Source of the DNA: Zancudomyces culisetae HAW-14-8
Lineage: Eukaryota > Fungi > Kickxellomycota
Assembly: GCA_052426225.1 (NCBI GenBank)
Contig: JBNJNM010000013.1
Coordinates: forward strand, 1,178,001-1,242,000
Length of the DNA: 64,000 nt
Direction: 5' to 3'
Positions 37,366-49,319 of the stretch are shown piece by piece. Positions within the stretch are counted from its first letter, which is position 1. Each line of letters begins with the position of its first letter. The position numbers and the translations under genes are program-made. The notes beneath the pieces are model-generated. The model ran no database searches, had not been told where the DNA came from, and saw only the letters and a list, made by a program, of their open reading frames with translations.

Positions 37366-37437
37366 CTCTCGGACCGGGAATTGAACCCGGGTCTCCAATG
37401 TGACAGACTGGGATACTGACCACTATACTATCCGAGA
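37366..37437 (-). tRNA. tRNA-Asp(GTC)
   Basis: TCTCGGATAGTATAGTGGTCAGTATCCCAGTCTGTCACATTGGAGACCCGGGTTCAATTCCCGGTCCGAGAG folds as a cloverleaf with anticodon GTC. Confidence 0.96.
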
Positions 37438-37739
37438 ATTTTTTTGTTAAACTCAAAATAATGTTACATTCGTTTACGCACATTAACCAATTGATTTTTT
37501 TTGGTTATTACTGTTTAAACGGAGCAATTGTCAAAGTTATTATTTTGGGTTTATAATTCACTTTTGCTAAAGTGTAATGTATTAAGTATATTTAGTTTTG
37601 AGCGGTCACTATTTTGTTTGTTGAGTATGAACTATTTCTGACCTACAAAACAAAATAAATATATATATGCTATTATTTGGTTTTTTATTCAACTTTTTTT
37701 GAAGCCATTTAACCTAAATTTGATTAAATAGCAGATAAA

Positions 37740-38855
37740 TATGAGAATTGAACCAACTCGAGTTGGAACTACTATGACGTTGAGTTCCCCGTTATAATAA
37801 TTACAGCAAATAATTCCAAAATGATATGAGGCATATGGAACCACGGTTATTATGCGCACTTTAAATTAGTTTGTGCTAGAATCCAAAAAAATTGTGGATC
37901 GTGTCAAGAATTACATTTATATTTAAAACATCCCTCGGTTGGAATAATGGTCTCTGTACCCACGTTGGTATCTCAGCGCGTGATGACGAGTGTTCATGAC
38001 ATGTTGGATAGGATTTATTAACAATATGTAAATTTTTGCCATTTCCAAAAATGAGAATCGTTCAGCATGAATAATGTGTTTTCTAACTAATACAAACGTG
38101 TCAATCCATTCTCAAACAATCTGATTTTCCACGAATTATCCAATACAATAAAGTTGCCGAAAAATCACACTCATTCACACCAATCTCCAAGATTCCAGCC
38201 AATAATTGTGTTGAGCATTTTTTAATTTTTTTTTAATAAAAATGTAAGAGATATGTTGGACTCGCCAGCCCTCGGAAATATCTCCACACCAGAAACCAAG
38301 CCAAGACAAAGCACCAATAACGCATTTGCATACGTTACATCCCTTATAGTAGGCACCTTGCCCCAACCCAGATCCCAGCAATTAAGAAATAATTGGAAAA
38401 ACCGATGGGCGTTAAGACAGTCATAACAATGGGCAAGCAAACTTGCTGAAAGAGGCGGCACAATATTGAACCACAACTCCCAGCAAATCAGCTTTTTTAT
38501 ACCCTACTCTCCTCTTGAATCGACGCTCTTAAGACTAGAAGAAGGTTAATTCTTCTGCCCAAAACCACTGAAAGGTTTGAACAAAGTGTGAAAAAATAAG
38601 AGAAACAACGAATTGCATCCCAGATTTTCACCCATTGCCCAAGATTCCTAGAGCAACACGGTATGAACAAGAGGTTCCGCACAAAGAGAAAACTATCCTG
38701 CAAGGCAATTTGGTTTTTATATGCAAAATGACTAGATTCAACGCTGTTCGAACTGGCTCAATTTTCATTCAAGTTATGGGTTTTTTTTTGAATTTTTTTT
38801 AACTTTTTTTTACTTGAATTTTTTGGATTTTTAATAGTATATTCAAATAAAAAGG
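37740..38855 (+). mobile_element. Decayed 5'-truncated non-LTR retrotransposon (L1/Tx1-like ORF2 C-terminal part) remnant
   Basis: Stop-riddled translation NSKMI*GIWNHGYY...QKIVDRVKNYIYI*NIPRL resembles the LINE RT thumb (NSL..SKLWY...IRxFIW...PR). LSS*IDALKTRRRL...QIFTHCPRF resembles zf-RVT (ALPTR.RL...HIFFxCP). A T-rich tail and AATAAA follow. Confidence 0.4.
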
Positions 38856-38984
38856 CAATGTTTTTGAATACTAGACAAACAAAGAGTTAAATTTAGTTTA
38901 AATACAACCACCAAGTGTTATAAACAGCGTTAAATAAGCAATGATAGCATAAGTCATGCGAACAAAAAAATTGATGATTAAATA

Positions 38985-40930
38985 TCAGTAATACTGCCTT
39001 CGTGGATTGTTCTATATACATTGTTACAATTCACCAGAGTTAAGAGTTGTAAAAACGGAAAGTAAGAGTAAATACACATGAAACGACGGGCGCAATGTCC
39101 GTGCTGAAATAAAGCGAACACTGGAGTCAAATAAATATATAATAGTATTAAAAAAAGGTTATTTACCAGTGGATTCGGTCTGTATTTATATGCTAGCATC
39201 ATCTTTTTCCTATACACCTCAAACTCATCATCATTGGTACTAACCTCATGAGTTTCTTGGTGACCCAGCCCAGCGTTTTGCAGCTCAGTAGTTTTACTAT
39301 AAAGAAAATACCATCAGAGTTAAAAAAAATTAAAAATATGCGCAAAATGGAAAGTGTAGAACAGTACATAATCAATACAGGTACATCACAAACTGCAATG
39401 GTCCTAAATACAACAAACACAACAAAATAGCAGCTAGTTTCCTAAAAACTTACGATGAAATAGGATTGACAATTCCTTGTGCTTGTGCCCCAAGCCCTGT
39501 ACCCTCCGACCAACCTTGCTTCGTCAGCATTTTAAACCCAATATTCGAACTACCTATTGCACTTGATTGCGACGATGATACATTCGCTTCATCAGCTTTA
39601 GATGAAAGTATTCCTGCATTCTTGGCTTTTAGCTCCTCTACTTTTTTATTAAAAGCCGCAAGTTCTTCAGAAGGCAAGTATGATGACACATGATGCTGAC
39701 CCTTTGCGGCAGTAGTTAATGCTTTGGCAATTTCTATAGGTGTACAAAATTACATTGTTTTTTTTTAAAAAAAAAAATAGACCAGCTAGCATATTTATCT
39801 ATGAATCGTGAAGGGGTTAGAAAAACATAAAGAGAAAAACGATTACTCTTAGTTTGCTCCATCTCCAACTGCCTCTTTATATGCTCCCAGGTACCACTGT
39901 TGCTTACTAGTTCGTCTTCAGGGTACACCCATTTGTTACCCACTCTAATTGTCCCAGGCATATATGTGTCAAATTTTTTCGATGTCCTTTTTGTAAAACT
40001 GCTTGGTTTAATTTTCTCACTTTCAAGTTTCAGTTTTGTGATACGAGCCTCCTCCTCCAGTTCTCTTTGTCTCTCGTATTCTTTTGAATCCTTGGAATCG
40101 ATACGGTCTTTATGATAGCGGTGTCTTTTTTCGCGTCTTGGATGTGCACCATGCCGCGATCTCTCTCTACTCCTGCTCCTGCTCCTGCTCCTGCTCCTAC
40201 TCCTGCTCCTACTCCTACTCCTGCTCCTGTTCCTGCTCCTACTCTTATATCTATACCTATCCCCATGCTTGTCTCTGTAGCTACTACTATGCCTATCTCT
40301 ATGTCTATTCCTGCTCCTATCCCTGCTCCTATCCCTACTCCTATCCCTGCTCCTGCTCCTACCTTGATCTCGATCGTATCTTCTCCTTCTGTAATACTTT
40401 TCACGCGAGGGACTATTGTGTCTGTCACTGCCACTCTTTCCTCCTCCTCCTCCTCCTCCCCTCCCAGCACTGCTCCTGCTCCTGCTCCTGCCCCTACTTC
40501 TACTTCTACCTTTACCTGCTTCGACCCCTCGGCCTCTATTTTGAACACAAAGTTTATCGCCATAACTACTATATATACCACTGCTACTATTGGGTGCATT
40601 TCTGCTAGTATCATACCCAGTCTCCTCTACGTAACAGCTACTTTGTGTTGGTGCGTTAAGCTCCAATGCTGAATCACATACTTCGCCTCCATACATACTT
40701 GAGATTTTTATACTTTCACTGTCGGAAAGCACCTGTGTGGTAGTTTTTTCGCTATAGGATGTGTTATTCTCGTTGGTTTTTCTCATTCTATCTTCATCAG
40801 AAACATCATTTCTCCTTGGTGTCGATTCGGCCTGTCCAGCTAATACAATTGAAGTGCTTATGTTGACCTTGGTATGTCTGGTATCGTCAGACATACTTTC
40901 TTTATCCCAACGTGAGGATTTTGTCGACAT
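38985..40930 (-). CDS. SUGP1: SUGP1/SF4-like G-patch splicing factor with an N-terminal RS-rich region, multi-exon
   Basis: GTWEHIKRQLEMEQTK...GQHHVSSYLPSEEL, G-patch NIGFKMLTKQGWSEGTGLGAQAQGIVNPI, and C-terminus [30 protein letters not shown] match the SUGP1 C-terminal signature. Confidence 0.88.
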
Positions 40931-41640
40931 TTTATCTTCGTGCTCTATTTTCACTTCCTTTTACTGTCCTGTTTATAGAAATGATAATAGTGCCAAGTTT
41001 AAATATCAAATTTTCGTTTTTTTTTCTCTACTTTCCAGAGATAAATAGTTACAGCGATGGGTTAAATATTGTACTAAATAGCTCGTTGTTGCTTAAACTC
41101 TCAGTTCCCTACATGTACATTCTATCTAGATCTTACCCCAAAACCCGTTGGCAATAATACTAGTAATAAATTTCGTACCCAAATTTTATTCCAATGTAAC
41201 TTTGCACTGGTTAGTTCAATAAACAAGAGGCAAATAATCTGGCACCAATTAGTTGGTAAGAGTGGTTAAAACCACGAATTTCGTTCCTTACTACCTGAAT
41301 AGTATATACAGCAGTTGATTGGTTTTGCTGTTTTTCGAAATATCACAGTATACCCTCAAGAATCTTTAAGCATGTCCAAACATGAAATAGAAGGGTTTTA
41401 ACAACAGAAAAGGCATAGCAATAGTGAACAACCCCGGTTATGAGATGTAAACACCACCAGTAGCTATACCTTGCAACGCTCACGATTGAAATCGGGATAT
41501 AACGACACCACCACCACCAATTTCTGTAGATGCTGGGCTATTGTGATGATTTAGTTACTGTAATATCGAGCATTTATTAGACATAATTGTAGAAAAAATG
41601 TGTTTCAATGTATAAAAAATTTATAAAATAAAATGGCCAT

Positions 41641-43724
41641 CTATGTGGCAACATCGTATCTGGTGCATGCTTTAAACAACTTTGAGGGGTTACCCGAAGT
41701 AGTAGACCAAAACTTAAGTTGAACGTTTTGGCTAGGTTCATAGTTCAGCAACGCGGAGGCATAGTAGTGAGATAATACGACCGAAAGCTCCGCAAAGTCG
41801 AAGGAATTTACGCGAAGAATGTTCGAACTCACGTTTGGAGATACGGAACGAGTGGTATAGTTGGTATTCAGAAAACTTGGCGAGGTAAAGTCATAGTCAG
41901 AATCTTTGATCAAAAATGATGGCTGAAAGCGTGAATCGAGCTTGGATGAGGCGCCAATACAGATGCCATTGGAAATTGGATTGGAGAAAAATGGAAGAAA
42001 GCTTGAAACCAGTTTGAGCTGGGAGGCATGGATTGGTTTGTGATCCAGGTCAGTGTAGCTGGTGGGTGAAAACAAGGTGTTGACCTGGTCGATAGCTATG
42101 AGGACAGGCACTTGGGTTTGTTGTGTAACTATCTTGAGTATGGCATCCAAAACGCCATGTGATACACTTGGGTATCTAACACCATACGTTATCAGTGCGT
42201 CAAGGCTAGTGCCAGCTGGAATTGTTTCCTTTCCTATTACTATGTTTTTCTCTGTTTTGATTGTATTTTTTGTGATCTGTGGATCGTTCAGCGAACCAAT
42301 ACTGTTGAGCAGTCTTGAAACCAGATTGTTTTGTAAAAAGACTGACGGATCTGACGCGGATGGAGAGTAGGCCTGACTTGAATCGACCCAATTGTTAGCT
42401 ATTATATTGTTTTATTTTGCATTAGTTCAAGATTAGTAAAACCAGTATATCTCTTTCTTTCTTTCAATAAATAAAGACACTAGATACAAACATACGTATC
42501 TGTATTTGTATATATGTCTGTATTTATCTTTGTATTTGTACCGATATAGTGTTTACTTACTTTGGCTAGCATACACTACAAAATAGCCAGAATTCAAGGC
42601 CCACAATACCGACTGAAGCAAAAGAACACTCTTTCCTGTTCCTGATTTACCATCTATTATTATCAAGAAATCCAAATTAATAGTATGTTCTTGGTTATCT
42701 ATTACTTTAGCTGCGGCTACTAAATCTCCAAGTATAATTTCATGGTGTCTATTCTCTATAGATAACAAACCAGTGTGTAATTTTACCTATAATTAGACTG
42801 TTGTTGGCCGTTGCTTTTGCACTGCCCTTAACCTTTTCTAATATTTCTAGACTCTCTTTCCGGAATAGCAACCCGGTATTGTTTAATGTCTCAAACTAAT
42901 AGTTATTGATAAATAATTAACCACTTAGAGTCTTGCAGTTACAAACATATTTCCTACTACTACACCCAACTCTCTCTATCGACTGATAATATTTGGGAAA
43001 TAGTATATTGCTTACACTACTGAGCAGCTCTTTCGGCAAATTTTCCAATCCAATTTTACGAATGACCTCAGAATCCAACTCCAGAATTTTATTTACCAAT
43101 TCACTACTTGGCTTTTCCTATAAGAATCATATCATTTATGAGTTTGCTTTTTCTTCTTAAAAGAAAAAACTACTATTATATATCGCGAATGTAAGATTTT
43201 CCAACGCTTACAGGTGTCAAAACCTCGAGTTCTACTGATTTTGGCGCTTTATAATAATACGAGTTTTTCTCGGGTTTAGCACTGCCCCCTTCACCTGCAT
43301 CCTCGCCCTATTTTTTTAAAAGCACAAAAACATTAATTTCATCCAGCAAAATTTTATTGTCCAAATTCCTAGATTAGAATCACGATTAACAAGAATAAAT
43401 CAGCAGAAAGTAACAAACACACGCTTTACCTTTTGTTTTGATGTTCTTCCTTTCTTCACAAACGACGAAGATTTTGTTCTATCAGCCTCTGAAAACGTAA
43501 AAGATTTAAATTAGATTGTACTAGAGTATGAATATGCATTCCCGGCTGGTTTATGTACAAGCATATAAAAATTAAATTCATGAAATTTATGAAAAATATA
43601 CTCTACCTCTTCGCTTTACTGCCGCTTGTAAATTAGAAGTGCTAAAAAAAGCCGCTTGTCTTGTAACAAGTGCATTGGCGCCTTTATTTCGCACCAACAA
43701 TAATCCTTTTACTGCGTGATTCAT
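41641..43724 (-). CDS. RSM23: Mitochondrial small-subunit ribosomal protein mS29 (DAP3/Rsm23), multi-exon
   Basis: N-terminal presequence-like exon, P-loop IIDGKSGTGKS, NNWVDSSQAY, Walker B PVLIAIDQVNTLF, C-terminal TSGNP. Confidence 0.82.
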
Positions 43725-44610
43725 TTATTTGATCGATTATCCAAATTGGTATTTGTAGCCGTTATATGTATCCTGTCGAATATTCGAGTAGAGAAATGAA
43801 CTTTATCTTCTGTAATCTAGATTTTTGCTCTTCCTTAAAATGTGATCGTCAAGCTACGAATATCAGTATCAATCGAAAAATCAAATCCTTTTGAACCTGT
43901 AAAACATGCCTCTAATTGATTGCAAATATCTAAATTTTTTTTTATTATCTACCAATTTAGCATGACTGCTCTGCCCAAATCAAAGCGGCAGCCAAATAAA
44001 GCAAAAAAAAATAAACAAAAGTTTAACGATTGGAGTGCAGAATCCACCTTGAGCAGTTCAACTGAATCTCGCCAAATTCCCAAGTAAAAAGGTAACCGAA
44101 AAATTTTTTTTATGAGACTTTGTCCAAGCTAGGCTCAAAAAGCGGATCTATATTTTTCATTAATCAATTAAAGGGGTGGCTATGACAAAAGCAAACTGAA
44201 AAATGCTCATAACCAGATCAGAAAATATGCTAGTATGATATCTCTACAGGCCAAAGTCTTGTATTTGCAAAAATAAACTGATGCTTTGCTGCAATCCGCG
44301 TTTTTTTCAGTAAAAACGCACCATGAGCCTTGCAATAGCTCCATTCATTTGCGTCGATTTTTGTGTTGTAGATTTCATTCCTGATAGGTTGTTGTATTTC
44401 GTGTACAAAAAAATAAAACCACCTGTCCATAAGCAGTGTTTATAGGAAATGGCGAAAATCACACCAACTATATTATAATATTGAAATACATCAGCATTGT
44501 AATAATATTCCACCTTGATGCACAGCTTTGAAAGAATACTTTGAAGCATACGATAACACATATTCCATTTCACGGGATAAAACCGAAAATTCATAAAGGT
44601 GGAAGTCGAA

Positions 44611-46793
44611 ATGGAAGACAACCAGATATTCAAGGTACCACAACTTCCTAAACCGGACCAAAAAACGGCTCGGCAAAATCAAACGGATTCGAACAAAGCG
44701 GAGTTCGCACATGCTACTAAAGAAGAAAATCAACAAAAACAACAGCAGCAGCAGCAGCCAAGGGGAATTCCAAAATTGGACTACACAGCTCCAGAAAACA
44801 GAACCGAGCCTGAACGACCTTACTACTTACAGGCGATTAAAGAAGGAAAAATTGTACAGGAAGTAGAATTAGACGTAGATCAGGATTATTTTGTAGTAGG
44901 TACGTTGTTTTTCGGTATTACACGTATTTAAGAAGCACAATCTTGCTCATAATTCGTTTCTTATTTATTTTCTGCATGATGTTAAGTTTAAAGTAGTGTA
45001 ATATTATCGGGATCTAAAACCACACAAAAAAACTATCTATTATTTAGGGAGACTGCCTAATTGCGACGTACCACTTGAACATCCGGTAAGCATCCAATTA
45101 ATGTTTATTTGGTGCGGCCAAACCTATCACTGTAGATTGTAAATTAAGAACCTAACTTTTTACTTAAATGAACTCATAAATATCAACTATATAGTCGATA
45201 TCGCGATACCATGCGGTTATTCAATTTTGTAAAGATGGAAATGGCTATTTATTTGACTTGAATAGTACACACAAAACGTATCTGAACAAAAAGCCGATAG
45301 AACCCAAAAAATATACAATAGTACGCCCTGGAGATATGGTTCGGTTTGGGGCAAGTTCACGCATTTTCGTGTTTGGAACGCATGACGAGAAATACAATAC
45401 AGATCAAGAACTAGCAAGGCAGCAAGAACAAGAGCAAATAAGACGTAAAAATGTAACAGCAAGAGAAAAAAACGCAGAGCAAATGGTGAGAGAAGCAGAA
45501 AGACATGAAGAGCTGAAGCATGGTATAAAGGAAAAGAAGTATTTAACAGATCCCAAAAGGGCACTACAAAGGATTCTAGCATTGTATGGCTATACCATGG
45601 AATTTGAGGTGGAGCAGGAAGAGAGTATGACAAGACAATTTGTGGCAAAAATACAGATACCAGCAGATGTAATAGGGGACGGGGATAACGCAGCAGAACT
45701 ATCCCAAAGAGAGTATGGTCAGGATACTGTTGCTCGTTTTGATGGGAATGATGATGTAGATAGCGATAGGGAAATGATGATGGGAATGGGCTCAATGGTC
45801 GCAATCGGAAAGGCAACGAAAAAAAAAGAAGCCGTGCACATGGCGGCATTGGATGCTTGTGAGTTGCTTGACAAGGCAGGAGTTTTTGAGAGGGAGCGTG
45901 CGGAAGCCGGGGGGATACATCGACGAAGGAAAGGGCTGAAAGTTGGCGATGATTATGATGACGAAGATGATGAATACTATGATCGTACCATTTCATCAAA
46001 AGACTCGGCGAAATCAGAACCTGGTAGTTTAAGTGTAAAAAAAGGTAGACCTGGTGTCGAAACATACGAAAGCCTGGCACAAAAGATCGATAATCTGTAT
46101 CAAAAAAAAAACGAGATTCAAAGTTCAATTTTGGAAATTGATCGGGAAAACCAACGAAACGAAAATAAAGGCGGTAGAAGACAAAACAAAGGTGAGGACG
46201 ACGAAATAGATGACATAATTTATGGATTGCAGAGGCAATCAAACTCCAAGCGAAGACAAGAACTGGAGCATGATCTGAAAGAGCTAGAAAAGCAAATCGC
46301 CGCCACCAACGCTTTGTTGCAGATTGCGAAGCCCACCAGGAGTACAGATATGGTTGTAGCTAAGCCTGTCGTTTCTTACAAGACAGACTTTGTTGCTGAC
46401 GAGCAGCATGTTGTTGAAAGTAGAAATAATGATGTCTCGGATAATAATCACACAGAGAGTGCAGGGGAAAAAACAGAAAACTTGGGTAAGAATAGGGAAA
46501 GCACACAACAGAAGACACTATCCTTTCCATTAAAACCGCCACATATGATGAGTGGTAATACGTATATCACCCCTGATACCAATAATCACAAAAGGCCTGC
46601 ACCAAGTGATTTGGTCTCAGGTCTAGATAAGCATCACACTCAGTCGAGTGCTGAAAAGGATGACGGAAGAGATGTGAAGGATCAGAGCAAAAAATTCAAA
46701 TATCAAGAATTTCCAGAGTATGAAGAATGGAAACCCCCAGCGGGCCAAAGCGGTGATGGGAGAACATCATTAAATGACAAATATGGATACTGA
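44611..46793 (+). CDS. Kanadaptin/SLC4A1AP-like FHA-domain protein, 3 exons
   Basis: FHA motifs VVGRLPNCDVPLEHPSISRYHA, DLNSTHKTYLNK and VRFGASSRIF; DEYYDRT; diagnostic C-terminus WKPPAGQSGDGRTSLNDKYGY*. Confidence 0.9.
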
Positions 46794-47128
46794 ACATTGA
46801 CCCTGTACCTTTTAGTAGGTTTTACTTTTTTTACTATTTTCCACCTAAGTCTCTCACACCCTCTTCCATATTTCCCCTACAAAAAAAGAAAAAAAAAGAA
46901 AAACATCCCTTGTTAAAATGTGTATTCAAATTTACTATGATGTGTTTGCGGAACATCAAAAGGCTAAACGCGCTCAAGTGCATAAAAATACAAAAAGTTG
47001 CTGTTCCAAGATTTGGTTAAGTTACAATGATCCTCACTATGTGTATTTCCGTTTCCTCTCGACTGTATATTAATTAATACATGAAATTTCAGACACACAG
47101 CGATGGATAAACAATACAAATAAATCTA

Positions 47129-47596
47129 CTACAAGTATTTATCAAACATGTTGGCATTGTTGTTGATTATGCTCGCGATTTGCAAGCAGTCTTGAATGTT
47201 CAAAATGGCAATATCCAGTGCGTTCACATTCGTCTTTTTACTACCGTCGCCTGAGGCTGAGAACGAGCTTGAGCTGGGGTCCAGATAGTCATTTTCATCC
47301 TGATCTTGGCCCGTAAAACCGAAATTTCTACTACTCTTGCTACTATAGTTGTTACGAGTGCTCATGCTGGTCCGAGTTGACATTGACAGATTGTTTACAA
47401 TCTGCTTGTTGCGCAAAATGTTACGTTTATTGCTGTCAGCCAGGGTTTTCAGATCGATTGTGATACTATTGTAATATTGTAGTTGCTGTTCCGAATAGAA
47501 AGCAATCAATTTGGAGGCTGTTTGTTTTAGTTGAGAATCTTCCTTTTCCATGTTAGTCTGTCTTGTCGCTCCAATTATCGAAATATTTATTTGCAT
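47129..47596 (-). CDS. Hypothetical coiled-coil protein (likely start MEKEDSQLK at 47551)
   Basis: 155-codon ORF with coding-like composition; family not recognised. Confidence 0.5.
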   Translation of the reverse strand: MQINISIIGATRQTNMEKEDSQLKQTASKLIAFYSEQQLQYYNSITIDLKTLADSNKRNILRNKQIVNNLSMSTRTSMSTRNNYSSKSSRNFGFTGQDQDENDYLDPSSSSFSASGDGSKKTNVNALDIAILNIQDCLQIASIINNNANMFDKYL

Positions 47597-48092
47597 GCAA
47601 CATTCATTTCTTTTTGCTCACCTTCATTGTTGTGTATAAAGCAGTTACAAGAATAATAAATAAATAAATAGAAATAAATGGCTTGTTCTTTTATAGCGCC
47701 CTTTTATTTTTTAGCAACAAAAACATGGGGCGAAATAATAGTGTAAAGAAAATTGAAGAGAACTCTTGGATGCTCCCATTTTTCACTCAAGTAGCCAACA
47801 CATAAAACAGGTATAAAAGGTACATACTCTCACCCTTTTTTACTATCTCTAACATAGAGATTAGACTCAGCCAAAACTGAACAAGAGGAGACTATTTACT
47901 GGGAGCAATCAGCAATACCAAAAAAGCAATTTACTATGCTTGTTACAACACTAAAACGTTAACTGATTTATAAAAGCAAGATCAGAATAAAGCAAGAGCC
48001 CAGCAAAATCTATGAAAAAAGCAAAAGAAAAAACAATAATGGGCAAAGCTCATGAGGACTAGTGCAGATACAACGTACATAAACAACATACA

Positions 48093-49319
48093 TTAGAGAG
48101 TGGCATTTTCAATAACAATAGCAATACCTTGGCCACCGCCAATACATGCACTACCGATGGCATATCGTTTCTTGGTGCGTACAAGAAGATGAGTCAAATG
48201 AGTCATAATTCTAGCACCGCTGGCACCCAAAGGATGACCAAGAGCAATAGCACCACCATTGACGTTGAATTTGGACATGTCAATATCCAAGCACTTGGCA
48301 ACAGCCAGAGCCTGGGTAGCAAAGGCCTCGTTAACTTCAACGAAATCCATATCCTTCAATGTTAAGTTTGCTTTGGCCAGAGCTTGACGAATAGCTTCTA
48401 CAGGACCGATTCCCATAATTGTGGGGTCAACACCATTGTAGTGATACGACACAATGCGAGCAAGTGGCTTAAGGTTGTGAGTTGAACATGCCTCTTCGCT
48501 GGCAACAACCAGTGCAGCTGCGCCATCACAGATTCCAGAAGCATTTCCAGGATTAACCGTACCATTCTTTTCGAATGTAGGTTTGAGCTGGGTCAAGCCC
48601 TCAATAGTAGTAGCAGGGCGAGGATGTTCATCTTTGTTCATGAGCTCGGTGGTACCTTTTTTTCCGGGAACTTCGACGGGTACAAGTTCGTCGGCAAACT
48701 GGTTTGTCTCGTCAGCCTTCTTCCATTTCTGTTGGCTGGATAGCGCAAACTGATCGGCTTGCTCTCTGCTGATATTGTATTTTCTACCCAAGTTTTCGGC
48801 GGTAACACCCATGGATACTCTGGTTGGATAAGTGTCGGTCAATCCGGTAACTAGCGAATCTTCGAGCGGCAATGATTCATGACCAAACTGTGTGCCCCAT
48901 CGTGCGTTTCTGAGTACATATGGTGCTTGCGACATAGACTCTGCTCCTCCAGCAAGTACAATGCTTGAATCACCAGCTTTAATCTCCTGAACACCAGAAA
49001 TGATACTCTGGAATCCAGATCCACACAAACGGTTGACACCAAGTGCTGGAACCTCAATAGGCAAACCTGCTTTCAGACCAATGTGTCTTGGTAGAAGTGC
49101 ACCATCGCGAGATGTTTGTTGTACGTTTCCAAAAATCACGCTGCTAATCGCACTTGCTCCTCCCTCTTTTGCGGCTGCACGAGCCTGGAATTCCTCTGGG
49201 AGCGCTTGGAGTGCGGCTCTGGAGGCTACTGCTCCTAGTTCGATGGCGGAGATGTTTTTAAATTTGCCACCGAATTTTCCAAATGGTGTTCTCTTTGCTG
49301 CTACGATAAATGTTTGCAT
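48093..49319 (-). CDS. 3-ketoacyl-CoA thiolase (ACAA2-like acetyl-CoA acyltransferase), intronless
   Basis: KRTPFG, NRLCGSG (catalytic Cys), GNASGICDGA, VNEAFA, NGGAIALGHPLGASG, ACIGGGQG. Confidence 0.96.
   Translation of the reverse strand: MQTFIVAAKRTPFGKFGGKFKNISAIELGAVASRAALQALPEEFQARAAAKEGGASAISSVIFGNVQQTSRDGALLPRHIGLKAGLPIEVPALGVNRLCGSGFQSIISGVQEIKAGDSSIVLAGGAESMSQAPYVLRNARWGTQFGHESLPLEDSLVTGLTDTYPTRVSMGVTAENLGRKYNISREQADQFALSSQQKWKKADETNQFADELVPVEVPGKKGTTELMNKDEHPRPATTIEGLTQLKPTFEKNGTVNPGNASGICDGAAALVVASEEACSTHNLKPLARIVSYHYNGVDPTIMGIGPVEAIRQALAKANLTLKDMDFVEVNEAFATQALAVAKCLDIDMSKFNVNGGAIALGHPLGASGARIMTHLTHLLVRTKKRYAIGSACIGGGQGIAIVIENATL

Noticed and set aside
40030-40672. Long alternative-frame ORFs (PAPAPT-rich, GAGVG-rich, CSCSYS-rich)
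   Set aside because: Shadow frames of the hexamer repeats encoding the RS domain of the SUGP1-like gene, not overlapping genes.
45217-46242. 341-aa antisense ORF
   Set aside because: Antisense shadow of the purine-rich kanadaptin exon; F/L/H-rich composition with no motifs.
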